Positions 31,038-40,452 of a stretch of 64,000 bases of DNA are shown here, in pieces. This stretch comes from Rubripirellula sp. (GTDB lineage Bacteria; Planctomycetota; Planctomycetia; Pirellulales; Pirellulaceae): positions 2,944,001 through 3,008,000 of the forward strand of contig OZ244207.1 of the NCBI GenBank assembly GCA_965216875.1, in the 5' to 3' direction. The position numbers and the translations under genes were made by a program. Position 1 is the stretch's first letter. Each line of letters opens with the position of its first letter. Below the pieces are notes generated by a model, which had not been told where the DNA came from, made no database searches, and saw only the letters and a list, made by a program, of their open reading frames with translations.

Positions 31038-32684
31038 ATGCAACCGATCGACAACACCTTCAGCGTGCCCCCGTTTCCGGCATTTCCAAGTGTCTCACGC
31101 TACGTGGCCGTCGGCACGCTCGCCGATTCCTTGGATCGTGTCAGCCGAAGCATCGAATCACGCGAAAGCCTTTCACTCGTAGTTGGGCCTCCCGGGACAG
31201 GCAAATCGCTTCTGTGTGGACTGCTGGAGCAAAAGTTCGCAACGACTCACGATGTCGTGCTTTTGGGAGAGACTCCCATCGGCGACGCGGAGACCTTACA
31301 GCGTCATCTGTTACATCAGCTCGGCGAGAGCCTTGAGCAACTGGCCCCAGCCGATTTGCATCTCGCCCTGATCGACCGAATCTGCGACGCAGGGGCGGGT
31401 GAATGTGGCTTGCTGTTGATCGTCGACGAAGCCCAATCGCTGTCGCCAGAAGTGATCGAAGCGATCCGTATGATCACCAACATCATCCGCGACGGTGAAC
31501 CGCGAGTTTCGGTTGTCATGTGTGGGGGAGTCAAGCTTGAAGAGACGCTCGCTATCCCCGCGATGGAAGCCTTTGCCCAACGCATTTCAACGCGCTGCTA
31601 CCTGCACGCGCTCAATGCGGAAGAAACGGGAACGTACATTCGCGAGACGATCGAGCAATTTGGCGCCGACGCCGACTCAACCATCAACGCCGAAGCCATT
31701 GCAGCGGTTCATCATGCCTGCATGGGCGTGCCTCGTTTGATCAACCAACTCGTCACCGAGGCGATCGATTGCGCCGAAGATCTGCAGCAAGAGCAGATCA
31801 ACGAAAAGGTCGTCGAGCAAGCCTGGGCACAACTGCAACAACTGCCCAGCCCGATCGTCGAAGAACCAGCCTTTGGTGGCGAATCGTCGTCAATCGAATT
31901 TGGCCAACTGGACGACTCCCCCATCGCTCCGCGCAACGACATTCAGTTTGAACTGGCGAGTGATGAATACACACTCGAAGAAGAAATCCAGCCGCTTCCA
32001 GCGCAATCCGCGTTGGGAACTCCCAGTGTGATCGAACAACCGAACCTCGTTGACGATTACCGCGAAATCGTCGATGAACCGGTCCCAGCGATTTCAACCC
32101 AATCCATCTTTGGCGATTTCGAGGAAGAAGAGTCGCTGAACATCGGCAACGGAGTGGCGGGAGTCCGGACGCAAGCTTCCGAACAACAAAGCGAACCCGA
32201 AGCGGCTCAGCACGGTGCCTGCCAAAGCGAAGCGACCACCGAACTGGAAACGGTCCTTCACCAAGAGATCATCGGGATTTCGACGGTTGCCGCCGACAGC
32301 ATTCATGTGACCGAATCGGTCGCCGAAGAATCGTTTGCTGTGCCAGAAACCGGAGCGCAAGAGACCGGAGCGCAAGAGACCGGAGCGCACGCTGCCGCTG
32401 AGCCCCAAGATTCCGAACCGGCCTGTGAAGCCTCCGACGCCGAGACTCCTTCCGACACTGAAGTCGTTGCCCACCCGGCGATGTACCAACAACCAGCATC
32501 CGAGCAGACTCCATCTCAGCCTGCACCACCTTCGGCGCTCGCATCGCGAGACGACTCGGACCTGCTCGTGATCGAAGATGAAGTCGAGATCTCATCCGAG
32601 GCTCCAAAGAAAGTTGACGCCCAAGAGAAGACGATTTCGGTCGACTTTCAAGCCATGCTGACACGCATGCGAAGTGGCACCTAG
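31038..32684 (+). CDS. ExeA-family AAA ATPase with acidic disordered tail
   Basis: Walker A GPPGTGKS, Walker B LLIVDEAQ, GVPRLINQL. Confidence 0.88.
   Translation: MQPIDNTFSVPPFPAFPSVSRYVAVGTLADSLDRVSRSIESRESLSLVVGPPGTGKSLLCGLLEQKFATTHDVVLLGETPIGDAETLQRHLLHQLGESLEQLAPADLHLALIDRICDAGAGECGLLLIVDEAQSLSPEVIEAIRMITNIIRDGEPRVSVVMCGGVKLEETLAIPAMEAFAQRISTRCYLHALNAEETGTYIRETIEQFGADADSTINAEAIAAVHHACMGVPRLINQLVTEAIDCAEDLQQEQINEKVVEQAWAQLQQLPSPIVEEPAFGGESSSIEFGQLDDSPIAPRNDIQFELASDEYTLEEEIQPLPAQSALGTPSVIEQPNLVDDYREIVDEPVPAISTQSIFGDFEEEESLNIGNGVAGVRTQASEQQSEPEAAQHGACQSEATTELETVLHQEIIGISTVAADSIHVTESVAEESFAVPETGAQETGAQETGAHAAAEPQDSEPACEASDAETPSDTEVVAHPAMYQQPASEQTPSQPAPPSALASRDDSDLLVIEDEVEISSEAPKKVDAQEKTISVDFQAMLTRMRSGT
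32346..32390 (+). repeat. 15-bp coding tandem repeat x3 (ETGAQ)
   Basis: GAAACCGGAGCGCAA GAGACCGGAGCGCAA GAGACCGGAGCGCAC. Confidence 0.9.
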
Positions 32685-32801
32685 ACACCGCCCTCGCTTG
32701 ACGAACGCCAGCCGAAACGAGCTGGCCAACAGCGATTTGCAAAGGAATCGCCCAGCGTGGCGAGGTGAAACAGCATTCTCACGACCAACGACGAGACTGT
32801 C

Positions 32802-33272
32802 ATGACGAGCACGACACCCTTGATTGGACTAGCGACGGAATTGATTCGCATTCGCGACGATCGTCGAACCACGCCAGTGCTCGTCACACCGAACTACCTG
32901 GCCCTTCGCCCCGCATTCTATGTTGGCCTTGCCGAGGCCCTTTTTGAGTGCGACCAAACGTCGGTTCGATACGATTGGCATCGCGTTGGGGCCGCCAGTC
33001 TGCTGAGAGTTTTTGGTGATATGGTCGCGCAGCGTTACGCCGAAGCGGTCAATCGAAGCCTCGAATCCGCTGCTCGAAAGACGTCGCATCCAGCGCGACT
33101 CTGTCGCATGCAGGTTACATCCTCCATCGGGCGACCTTCTCGCAAGGGGGCCGAGTTGATCATTGGGATATCAGACGAGACACTGGAGTTGCCCAGTTGG
33201 GCGACGCCCATCGCTTTGGGTGACCAGCAACCCAGCCAACACTCCCACCAGCTTGCACCCGCAGTCATTTGA
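32802..33272 (+). CDS. Hypothetical protein
   Basis: Co-directional ORF with 4-bp overlap (TTGA) to the next gene. Confidence 0.55.
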   Translation: MTSTTPLIGLATELIRIRDDRRTTPVLVTPNYLALRPAFYVGLAEALFECDQTSVRYDWHRVGAASLLRVFGDMVAQRYAEAVNRSLESAARKTSHPARLCRMQVTSSIGRPSRKGAELIIGISDETLELPSWATPIALGDQQPSQHSHQLAPAVI

Positions 33273-34015
33273 CTTCCTCTAGTACTCCCTCTGCCTTCGA
33301 GCCCACCCCCGGCAGAGTCCTTATTGCCGTCTGCACCCTCAACGAAGCCGACAACATTACTGAGGTCATCGCCGGCTTGCGCGAGGGAATTGGCGAAGCT
33401 GACATCCTGATTGTTGACGACAATTCGACCGATGGGACCGGCGAGTTGGTCGAAAAGATCGCCGACCAGGATCCCGCGGTACGGCTGCTGGTGCGTCGTG
33501 ACGAGCGCGGGCTTGGCAGTGCGATTCGGCTCGCGATCACTAAGGCCATCGAGGGCCGATACGAGTATTTCCTCAACCTCGATGGTGACCTCAGCCATGA
33601 CCCCAAGCAGCTCCCCGCGCTGCTCGAAAAGGCTCGCCAATCACCTGAGTTGGACGTCGTGATCGGTTCGCGCTATATCGGCGGCGGTGAAATCGATGGT
33701 TGGCCGATGCGGCGCCGATTGATGAGCCGAATGGTCAACGGCTTCGCCACACTCTGCCTCCGGTTGCCAGTGAGCGACTGCAGCGGATCGATGCGTTGCT
33801 ACCGCGTCGCGGCGCTAGCAAACATCGGTATCGAAACCGTCCACAGCAACGGGTATTCGGTGCTTGAGGAACTGCTGGTGAAACTCCGGCGCAGCGGCAG
33901 CAAAATGGGCGAAGTTCCCATCACCTTCACTGACCGCGTTCGCGGGGAGAGCAAATTGACCACCGGCGAAGCGATCCGGTCGGCAACAAGAATGCTGTCA
34001 TTCATGTTCAAGTAG
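33269..34015 (+). CDS. Polyprenol monophosphomannose synthase-like GT2
   Basis: TLNEADNI, IVDDNSTDGT, LDGDLSHDP, VIGSRY, EVPITFTDR. Confidence 0.9.
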   Translation: MTSSSTPSAFEPTPGRVLIAVCTLNEADNITEVIAGLREGIGEADILIVDDNSTDGTGELVEKIADQDPAVRLLVRRDERGLGSAIRLAITKAIEGRYEYFLNLDGDLSHDPKQLPALLEKARQSPELDVVIGSRYIGGGEIDGWPMRRRLMSRMVNGFATLCLRLPVSDCSGSMRCYRVAALANIGIETVHSNGYSVLEELLVKLRRSGSKMGEVPITFTDRVRGESKLTTGEAIRSATRMLSFMFK

Positions 34016-34122
34016 CTTGACCAGTTGTCTGCGAGAACTTCGGGACTCCTCTGGCATCGGTCGCAAATAATTGGCTACACCGCATTGCTGAGTGCTTTTC
34101 TTTTCTTCGCTCAACAAGGTGT

Positions 34123-34761
34123 ATGTCGATGCTACGAAACCTGTTTCGCTTTCTTTTTCCAGCTCCGCAGAAGCCCGCGCCGATCGATACGGTGCGAAAG
34201 CCCGAGATGAATGGCACGGCGCCTCAAGTGGTCCTCTACGCGCAGGTTCCAGCCGAGAGAGGCAATCAGAGACGCGAAACCGCGGTTTCACGCACCGTTG
34301 CGGAACCGATCAATCACCGCGCTCGCCTGATGGCGATGAAGCTGGAACATACTCAGCTCTGTAGCCCAAAACGGTGTGAGCGTTTGGCCGAATATGGGAT
34401 CGTCACCGCGGGTGACTTGGCCTCGTGCGATCCGACGTCGATCGCATCCAAGTTCGCCGCCCCTGCAAAAGCACTACGAACCCTCCGTCGCTACCGGCGT
34501 GCCGTCCGACTCTCCGCGGCCATTCCTGGCATGATGCCTCGTGAAGCCCAGTTGCTGATCAGCATTCACCGCCGCAGTGTTCGCGGATTGGCGCGAGAAA
34601 CCGCCGCCGTGCTTCGCCGCGACCTCGAACGCTTCGCAGAAAGTTCTGATGGGCAACGTCAGCTCAAGGGACGCCGTCTGCCGAGTACGCGTCGGATCAA
34701 ACGTTGGATTTCAGAATGCGAAAACCACGTGAGCAACGTCCCCGTTCACATCGCAGCCTAG
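34123..34761 (+). CDS. DUF4332-like protein
   Basis: LAEYGIVTAGDL, IPGMMPREAQLL and PS...IKRWI pattern. Confidence 0.7.
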   Translation: MSMLRNLFRFLFPAPQKPAPIDTVRKPEMNGTAPQVVLYAQVPAERGNQRRETAVSRTVAEPINHRARLMAMKLEHTQLCSPKRCERLAEYGIVTAGDLASCDPTSIASKFAAPAKALRTLRRYRRAVRLSAAIPGMMPREAQLLISIHRRSVRGLARETAAVLRRDLERFAESSDGQRQLKGRRLPSTRRIKRWISECENHVSNVPVHIAA

Positions 34762-35234
34762 TTCAACGACTCGACGCCGAAGGCAGCTGCATCGACGGGG
34801 CGTCGGTCTTTGGGCGATTCCCCTTTTTCATGCCAGAAGCAAACTTGGGCATCATCGGGGTGCCAACACAGGCAAATTTGCCGGCGGTTCATCACGGCGG
34901 GAAAGTCGATCGTACCGTCGATCGGGATGTGGGCAGCGATGCCAAGGGCCGCCAATTCGGACAAACACTCTTGCAGTCGCTCTTCGTCCGCAGCAACCGA
35001 TGCGCGGATGTCGCTGAGCTCTTCCTGGTAGTCGACGTGTTCGATCGTCTCGGGCAGCTGATCGATCCCCTTCAGCTGCTCGCGGCCCGCTGCGATGGAA
35101 TCGTTCAAACGAACCATGTCGGCAACGATGCTTTTTACAAGCGGAAGCATCTCCGTCGCTCGACTGGGAGTGAAGAGTGTTTCCCCACCGCCAGGCTTTG
35201 AATCGTTTTCTTCGCGAATTGCTCGGACCATCAT
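34758..35234 (-). CDS. DUF2203 family protein
   Basis: FTP..A..MLPLV..IV; GTIDFPA..R.ICLCW...WH...R.P. Confidence 0.85.
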   Translation of the reverse strand: MMVRAIREENDSKPGGGETLFTPSRATEMLPLVKSIVADMVRLNDSIAAGREQLKGIDQLPETIEHVDYQEELSDIRASVAADEERLQECLSELAALGIAAHIPIDGTIDFPAVMNRRQICLCWHPDDAQVCFWHEKGESPKDRRPVDAAAFGVESLN

Positions 35235-35715
35235 TTCAACCTGCAAGGGGTGCTAGTTCTTGGCGCGCCCGCCGCTTCCACAATAGTACGACGTAGAGAC
35301 CAGTCATACGGTTCCGTCCTGTTCATTGACTCATCCTGACAACCCCACCACCTCCGTTATCTGATCCAGCAGCGTTTGCCGGATCAATCTCAGGCCGCCT
35401 TGGTGGTTGCTTGGGTTTGGTAAGGGGAGCGTGAACTCGCAGTTCCAATCTGCACCATTTTCGCTTTCGCGGCGAGCCCCCAAGACATCGCCCAAGACAA
35501 CTGCCAAAGACATTCGCTCGAGGTTGGCGCCGCAAAATGGCGGGCTTCGGGAACCCGCAGCCCACTGTTTCCGCCTAACTGTACATACGCACCAATCAGG
35601 CGGAGGGGTCCTGCAAACTGTCGGAAATGCCGCCTTTGGCCGTGATTTTTCCGATTATGCCCGTTGGAAACGGGGGCCTAAGGTCAAAAAGTGCTTCTTG
35701 TCAAGGCGGAATTCC

Positions 35716-35743
35716 TTGACGTGCGCATTTTTTGACCTAGAGT
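35716..35743 (+). promoter_or_regulatory. Putative sigma70 promoter of csrA
   Basis: TTGACG-16 bp-TAGAGT. Confidence 0.5.
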
Positions 35744-35901
35744 TGAGGGTGTCAGGAATAGCGGAAATCCATGGATAGATTTACGCGGGCACAACCGGCC
35801 TACGTAGCGGTGATTCGGGAATCATGTTTCCAATCGGGCATCGGGACTGTAGGCGCACGACACGAAAAGAAAAATTGGGCCGGTTTGGAAAGGACTAGAG
35901 C

Positions 35902-36096
35902 ATGCTGGTTTTATCAAGAAAAAAGAACGAAAGTATCGTGATCGACAACAATATCAAAATTGTTGTTGTCGAGATCCGCGGCGACAAAGTTCGCTTGGGC
36001 GTTGAAGCTCCACGCGAAGTTCCTGTCCATCGTCGTGAAGTGTACGATGCCATCCAGCGAAGCCTTGAATCGGGTGACGCTCCCGTCGAATCGTAA
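35902..36096 (+). CDS. csrA: Carbon storage regulator CsrA
   Basis: [14 protein letters not shown]...[27 protein letters not shown]. Confidence 0.97.
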   Translation: MLVLSRKKNESIVIDNNIKIVVVEIRGDKVRLGVEAPREVPVHRREVYDAIQRSLESGDAPVES

Positions 36097-36284
36097 TTTT
36101 CTGACGGCTCTTTGGCTCAATCGTTCCCCCTAAAACTCCTCCTGTGTGAGTTTGCGCAAGATTTCTCTTGCCGACATCTTTTTCAGCCCGCGTGAACCCT
36201 TGACGAACTCATGCGGTCTTGATTACAACCCCGCCTTGCGATCAAGTTGCTCGGCCAACCAGCCGATCTTCTCAGTTAGCAAAC

Positions 36285-36357
<73 letters not shown>

Positions 36358-36365
36358 CTACCTTT

Positions 36366-36404
36366 TGGCTGATTGAAACATCCCATTTCAATCAGCCATT
36401 TTTT
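36366..36404 (+). terminator. Intrinsic terminator after tRNA-Glu
   Basis: TGGCTGATTGAAA-catccca-TTTCAATCAGCCA-TTTTTT. Confidence 0.85.
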
Positions 36405-36796
36405 ATGCGCTCTCGACGACCGACGATGGCTCGACGGGTGATGCCCCGCCTTCGGCGCTCGCTCCTCTCGATCGCTCACCTAGCTGCACCGATTCGGTTC
36501 TCTTCTCTCGCGCCCACTGTGCACAGTTTGCACACCTCTCAGCTCGTGGCGACGCCGCTCCTGTCACGGTGCGTGCCAATTGGCACAGTCAACTCCTTGG
36601 CAAATGAGCATCCGCAGGGCTGCGCCCGATGTGGCCAACGCAGATCTTGGTTCTGAAAACCGATTGCCCCCAACGCAACCGATTGGCCCTTTAATTGCTC
36701 TCCCCATTCTTTCGATGACGCACCCCATGCGTCGCCTGCCAACGCCTTGGCAGCTTCACGATGAGTTGACCGATTGAGTCAAGGAAAGGAAGGAAG

Positions 36797-37273
36797 ATGA
36801 GTAACGCTGTCTATGAGAAACGAATCAAGGATGTCATGAGCCGCGATGTCGTCACGATCGGTGCGGCTGACACCATTCACGAGGCGCTGACCTTGATGAG
36901 CGAGAACCGAGTTTCGGCAATTCCTGTTGTCGACCGGGCCGACAACTGTGTCGGCATCCTCTCAACGTCAGACTTGGTTGACATGACTCGCGATATCGAC
37001 GACGACCTGTACAGCCTTGATCTGGTCGACCCGACCTCGCGTCGTTTCCTTCTCGACAAGCTTGCTCACAGCATGGGCGCAGAACCGGTCCAATCATTCA
37101 TGAGCGAAACGGTGATGACCGTCGACCTGGAAACGACACTAGGTGTGACCGCACGCGAAATGCTTCGCCATCGCGTGCATCATCTCCCCGTCACCGACTC
37201 GGACGGCCACCTCGTCGGCATCGTTTCAACCATGGACGTTCTGGAAGCCTTCGCCGCTGGCGTTGCCGTCTGA
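36797..37273 (+). CDS. CBS-domain protein
   Basis: Two CBS units: VSAIPVVD..VGILSTSD and VHHLPV..LVGIVSTMD. Confidence 0.92.
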   Translation: MSNAVYEKRIKDVMSRDVVTIGAADTIHEALTLMSENRVSAIPVVDRADNCVGILSTSDLVDMTRDIDDDLYSLDLVDPTSRRFLLDKLAHSMGAEPVQSFMSETVMTVDLETTLGVTAREMLRHRVHHLPVTDSDGHLVGIVSTMDVLEAFAAGVAV

Positions 37274-37346
37274 ACGGGCCTTGCGCACGGTAGCAGGGTG
37301 GTGGCTGATCTAGCTCTAAATGTCACGCACTGTTTTCAACAGGAAT

Positions 37347-37392
37347 CACCCTCCCGCGTGCGGGAGGGTCGGACGCAAAGTCCGGGGAGGGC
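37347..37392. repeat. 46-bp palindromic repeat (CACCCTCCCGC family)
   Basis: Matches 52252-52297 with one mismatch. Confidence 0.9.
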
Positions 37393-37450
37393 CGTTCGAG
37401 GTGCCAGCCGGATGCATGATATTGTGAGCAAGACCGACCAGTACAAAGAA

Positions 37451-37499
37451 GACGCAGAGCGTCCGGAAACGCGTTACCACGCAGAGCGTGGGAACGAGG
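37451..37499. repeat. REP-like element, CTCGTTCCCACGCTCTGCGTGG family
   Basis: Inverted near-copy at 45541-45589. Confidence 0.8.
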
Positions 37500-37520
37500 G
37501 TGGGACACCGGAACAATGTG

Positions 37521-38738
37521 TCATGCGGAGCATGACCTACGGATTCCTCGCATCGCCGATTTGGGCAAATGGACCTCGCCTACGCCAGAGAGTCCTGCCT
37601 GGCGTTTCAATTCGCGTTCCAAGCGTGTTTGCCTTGCTTTGCTCCAACGCTCGCTTTCTTCGAGCCAAACCCGTTTGACTTCGATTCGGTCGCCGGCCCG
37701 ATTGGCCTTCATGTCGATCCTCCCGATCACTTTGTCGCCATCCAGAAGAGGAAAAACGTAGTAGCCATACTTTCGTTTCGCCTCAGGGACGTAGATTTCG
37801 ATCCGATAATCAAAACCAAACATCCACAGTAGACGGTTACGGTCACGAATCACCGGATCGAATGGCGACACGGCGCGGAGTCGGTTTGGGACGCGGTCCA
37901 CTTGCTCAACGAGCTCCGGCAAATCACTTCGTCCAACCAACGTTCGATGCTCGGCGTCCACCATCTCTTCGACGTGCACTTCAACCAAATCGCTACCCTG
38001 GTCCTTGACCCACTGCTTGGCTTCCGCAATCGAAACGAGTTCCCAGAACCGGGCAATATCGGTCGGGCTCCCGATCCCCAGCTTTTCAACGGCACTTCGA
38101 CATGCCCAGTCAACGAAGGCGTCGTGGTCACATTTCGCGTTGAAATCATCCTCCGGGATCACTCGTGAGGAGAGGTCATAGACTTTTTGGAAGCCGTCAC
38201 GAGCTCGAATCGAAAACACGCCCGTTCGCCACATGAATTCGAGCGCGGCTTTGCCATCGTCCCATTGCCACATCGACTTCTTCGTTTTGCTTTTCGGTCG
38301 CTCAAGGTCTCGACTGCGGATGGGACCTTCTTTTTCAACCAGATCGATCAGTTTGTCACAGTGTTTTAGAAAACCATCGCCGTACCACTTCACCATCCGC
38401 TTGCTAAGCCCCTCACGGCGACGATCAAAGGCACATTTCCAATATCGAAAGAACTCACAGGGGATGATCGACGCGTCGTGCGTGTAGTTCTCGAACAACA
38501 AGCAGTGATCTTCGATCAATTCGCTCATCATCTTGGGGCGGTACTTTTCATGTCGCGCCCCCATGATCATGTGATGTGCTCGTTCCACCCACTGAATCGA
38601 GTCGACCTGCACAAATCCCAATTGATGGATCGTTTGATAAACCTCGTCATGGCTTTCGCCACTTCGCGGATCAGCCGTCAGGCCCTGAAGATGTAGAATC
38701 AGGCGACGTGCCTGACGATTACTTAAGCGAATACCCAT
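37521..38738 (-). CDS. ycaQ: YcaQ/AlkZ-family winged-helix DNA crosslink glycosylase
   Basis: LGFVQVDSI (QxD motif), SPFDPVIRDR, FDYRIEIYVPEAKRKYGYYVFPLL. Confidence 0.85.
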   Translation of the reverse strand: MGIRLSNRQARRLILHLQGLTADPRSGESHDEVYQTIHQLGFVQVDSIQWVERAHHMIMGARHEKYRPKMMSELIEDHCLLFENYTHDASIIPCEFFRYWKCAFDRRREGLSKRMVKWYGDGFLKHCDKLIDLVEKEGPIRSRDLERPKSKTKKSMWQWDDGKAALEFMWRTGVFSIRARDGFQKVYDLSSRVIPEDDFNAKCDHDAFVDWACRSAVEKLGIGSPTDIARFWELVSIAEAKQWVKDQGSDLVEVHVEEMVDAEHRTLVGRSDLPELVEQVDRVPNRLRAVSPFDPVIRDRNRLLWMFGFDYRIEIYVPEAKRKYGYYVFPLLDGDKVIGRIDMKANRAGDRIEVKRVWLEESERWSKARQTRLERELKRQAGLSGVGEVHLPKSAMRGIRRSCSA

Positions 38739-38892
38739 GCGTTCCGTTTCTTGTCTTAGCTTCGGTCACCAGACCGCTCAAAACAGTGTTGGTCGCGCCC
38801 CGGCGATCGGACAACCGAGCCTGTGACGAGGTAGACTGATCTCGAGTTCGGTCGAGACACCCTTTCACAACACACAAACCAGAGATTGCGCG

Positions 38893-40395
38893 ATGCGAAT
38901 GCTGGCCAGCTTAACGGCAATCGTCGCACTTGGGATGGGTCCGGTCGATGCCAGCGACTACGTTGTCGTTTCCTTGGTTGATCAAACGGATCCGTATCAC
39001 GACGCAGCCGAGAGGTTGGGTGAGCTCCGCGGTGCAAAGATCACTTACTGCCAGCCTGGCGAAATCGACAAGCTACTGCCCGTTCTCAAGAAAGAGACAC
39101 CGCGGCACGTTGCCTTTGTTGTACGTCCGACAGAGTTCGACGTGAAATTAGCCCGCAGCGTGCTGAGTTTGTCGACGCAAATCGACGACGACCCGTTCGC
39201 CGATTTTGCGTACGGGTTTGTGACCGGACTCTCGGCCGAGCGGGCGGTCAAATTGGTCGAGGCGGGTAAAAACCGAAAACCTGTGTCCGCTCCCACACTG
39301 ACGATGGTCGGCGTTGCCAGCCAACAGATGGGAAAATCGCGAACCTTCGATCAAGTGCTGCCGCTGCGAGGATCGACTCTCCGTCAGACCTACCACATGA
39401 TCTCCGCCAGCGACGAAGCTGCGTCGGGGAATGTGGATCCCGATCAACTCTCCGCGCGAGATGACGAGTTTCTGAGCAGCTTGATGCCGTCTCTCGACCG
39501 ACAACCGCTGCTCGTCTTCGCTGGCCATGGATATCCGCGAGAGGTCATTGGCGGGCCCTCCTACAAGCACTTGCAAGGCCGTGATTTCTCCGGTGCCATT
39601 GCCTTGAACATCGCTTGCTACACGGGCGTGACTCACGGTTGGACACACGTTGACGGAACAGCAAAAACGATCGCGCCGGAAGAGTCCTTCTGTTTGAACA
39701 TGCTCGACACGGGCGTTGCAGGTTACGTCGCCTACGCCTGCCCAAGGCCTGCCGGGCCAACGATGCTGGGTGAAGCCGTCACGCTGGCGACGGCGGGCGA
39801 GACCATGGGACAAGCTCGGCAACGAAGGTACAACCAGGTGATTCTCTCGCATCTGCAACTTGGCAATGCAGGATTGTATTTGCCGCCTGACAACGATTCG
39901 AAACAGCCTCGGCGAGACGTCCAGAAGCTGCTCACAGCAATGTCGAGCGGCGGCATTTTGTTTGGTGACCCTGCGATCGTCGCCTTTTCGCCCAGCGCAG
40001 AGCATCACCCCGTGGAAACAAGCGTCAAGCTTTCGGGAAACCGACTCGCTGTGCGAGTCAAAGTACACGGCATGCTGTGGCACTACTTCTGCAGTGATCA
40101 AATCACGATGTGGAACAAGAACGAACCGGCCATGAAAGTGGAGACGGTGGTCGACCTCCCTAGCGGGCACGTCGACATCGCTGAAGTGACCTCCAACACG
40201 TTCGGCAAACAATCACGGCTGATCGCTGCGGTTGATCAATTAGGAGCCAGCCGCAAGCTGTACCTCAAGGCCAACTTTCCACGTCCCAGCCAAGAGGACT
40301 TGATGAAAATCGGGCGTAGCGGCGTCGAAGTCGAATTCGAGATCAAACTGACCGACGATCAACGCTCAGCGGTCTATCGCAATCGCACGTTTTAG
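38893..40395 (+). CDS. Secreted protein with gingipain/C25-like (clan CD) peptidase motifs
   Basis: Signal peptide; VFAGHG and LNIACYTG dyad-like motifs; LFGDPA. Confidence 0.6.
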   Translation: MRMLASLTAIVALGMGPVDASDYVVVSLVDQTDPYHDAAERLGELRGAKITYCQPGEIDKLLPVLKKETPRHVAFVVRPTEFDVKLARSVLSLSTQIDDDPFADFAYGFVTGLSAERAVKLVEAGKNRKPVSAPTLTMVGVASQQMGKSRTFDQVLPLRGSTLRQTYHMISASDEAASGNVDPDQLSARDDEFLSSLMPSLDRQPLLVFAGHGYPREVIGGPSYKHLQGRDFSGAIALNIACYTGVTHGWTHVDGTAKTIAPEESFCLNMLDTGVAGYVAYACPRPAGPTMLGEAVTLATAGETMGQARQRRYNQVILSHLQLGNAGLYLPPDNDSKQPRRDVQKLLTAMSSGGILFGDPAIVAFSPSAEHHPVETSVKLSGNRLAVRVKVHGMLWHYFCSDQITMWNKNEPAMKVETVVDLPSGHVDIAEVTSNTFGKQSRLIAAVDQLGASRKLYLKANFPRPSQEDLMKIGRSGVEVEFEIKLTDDQRSAVYRNRTF

Positions 40396-40452
40396 TTTGC
40401 AAGAGAGCCGCGACCTGAATCCCCCTTCTGCGCCGCAGCAATTATCCTAGGC

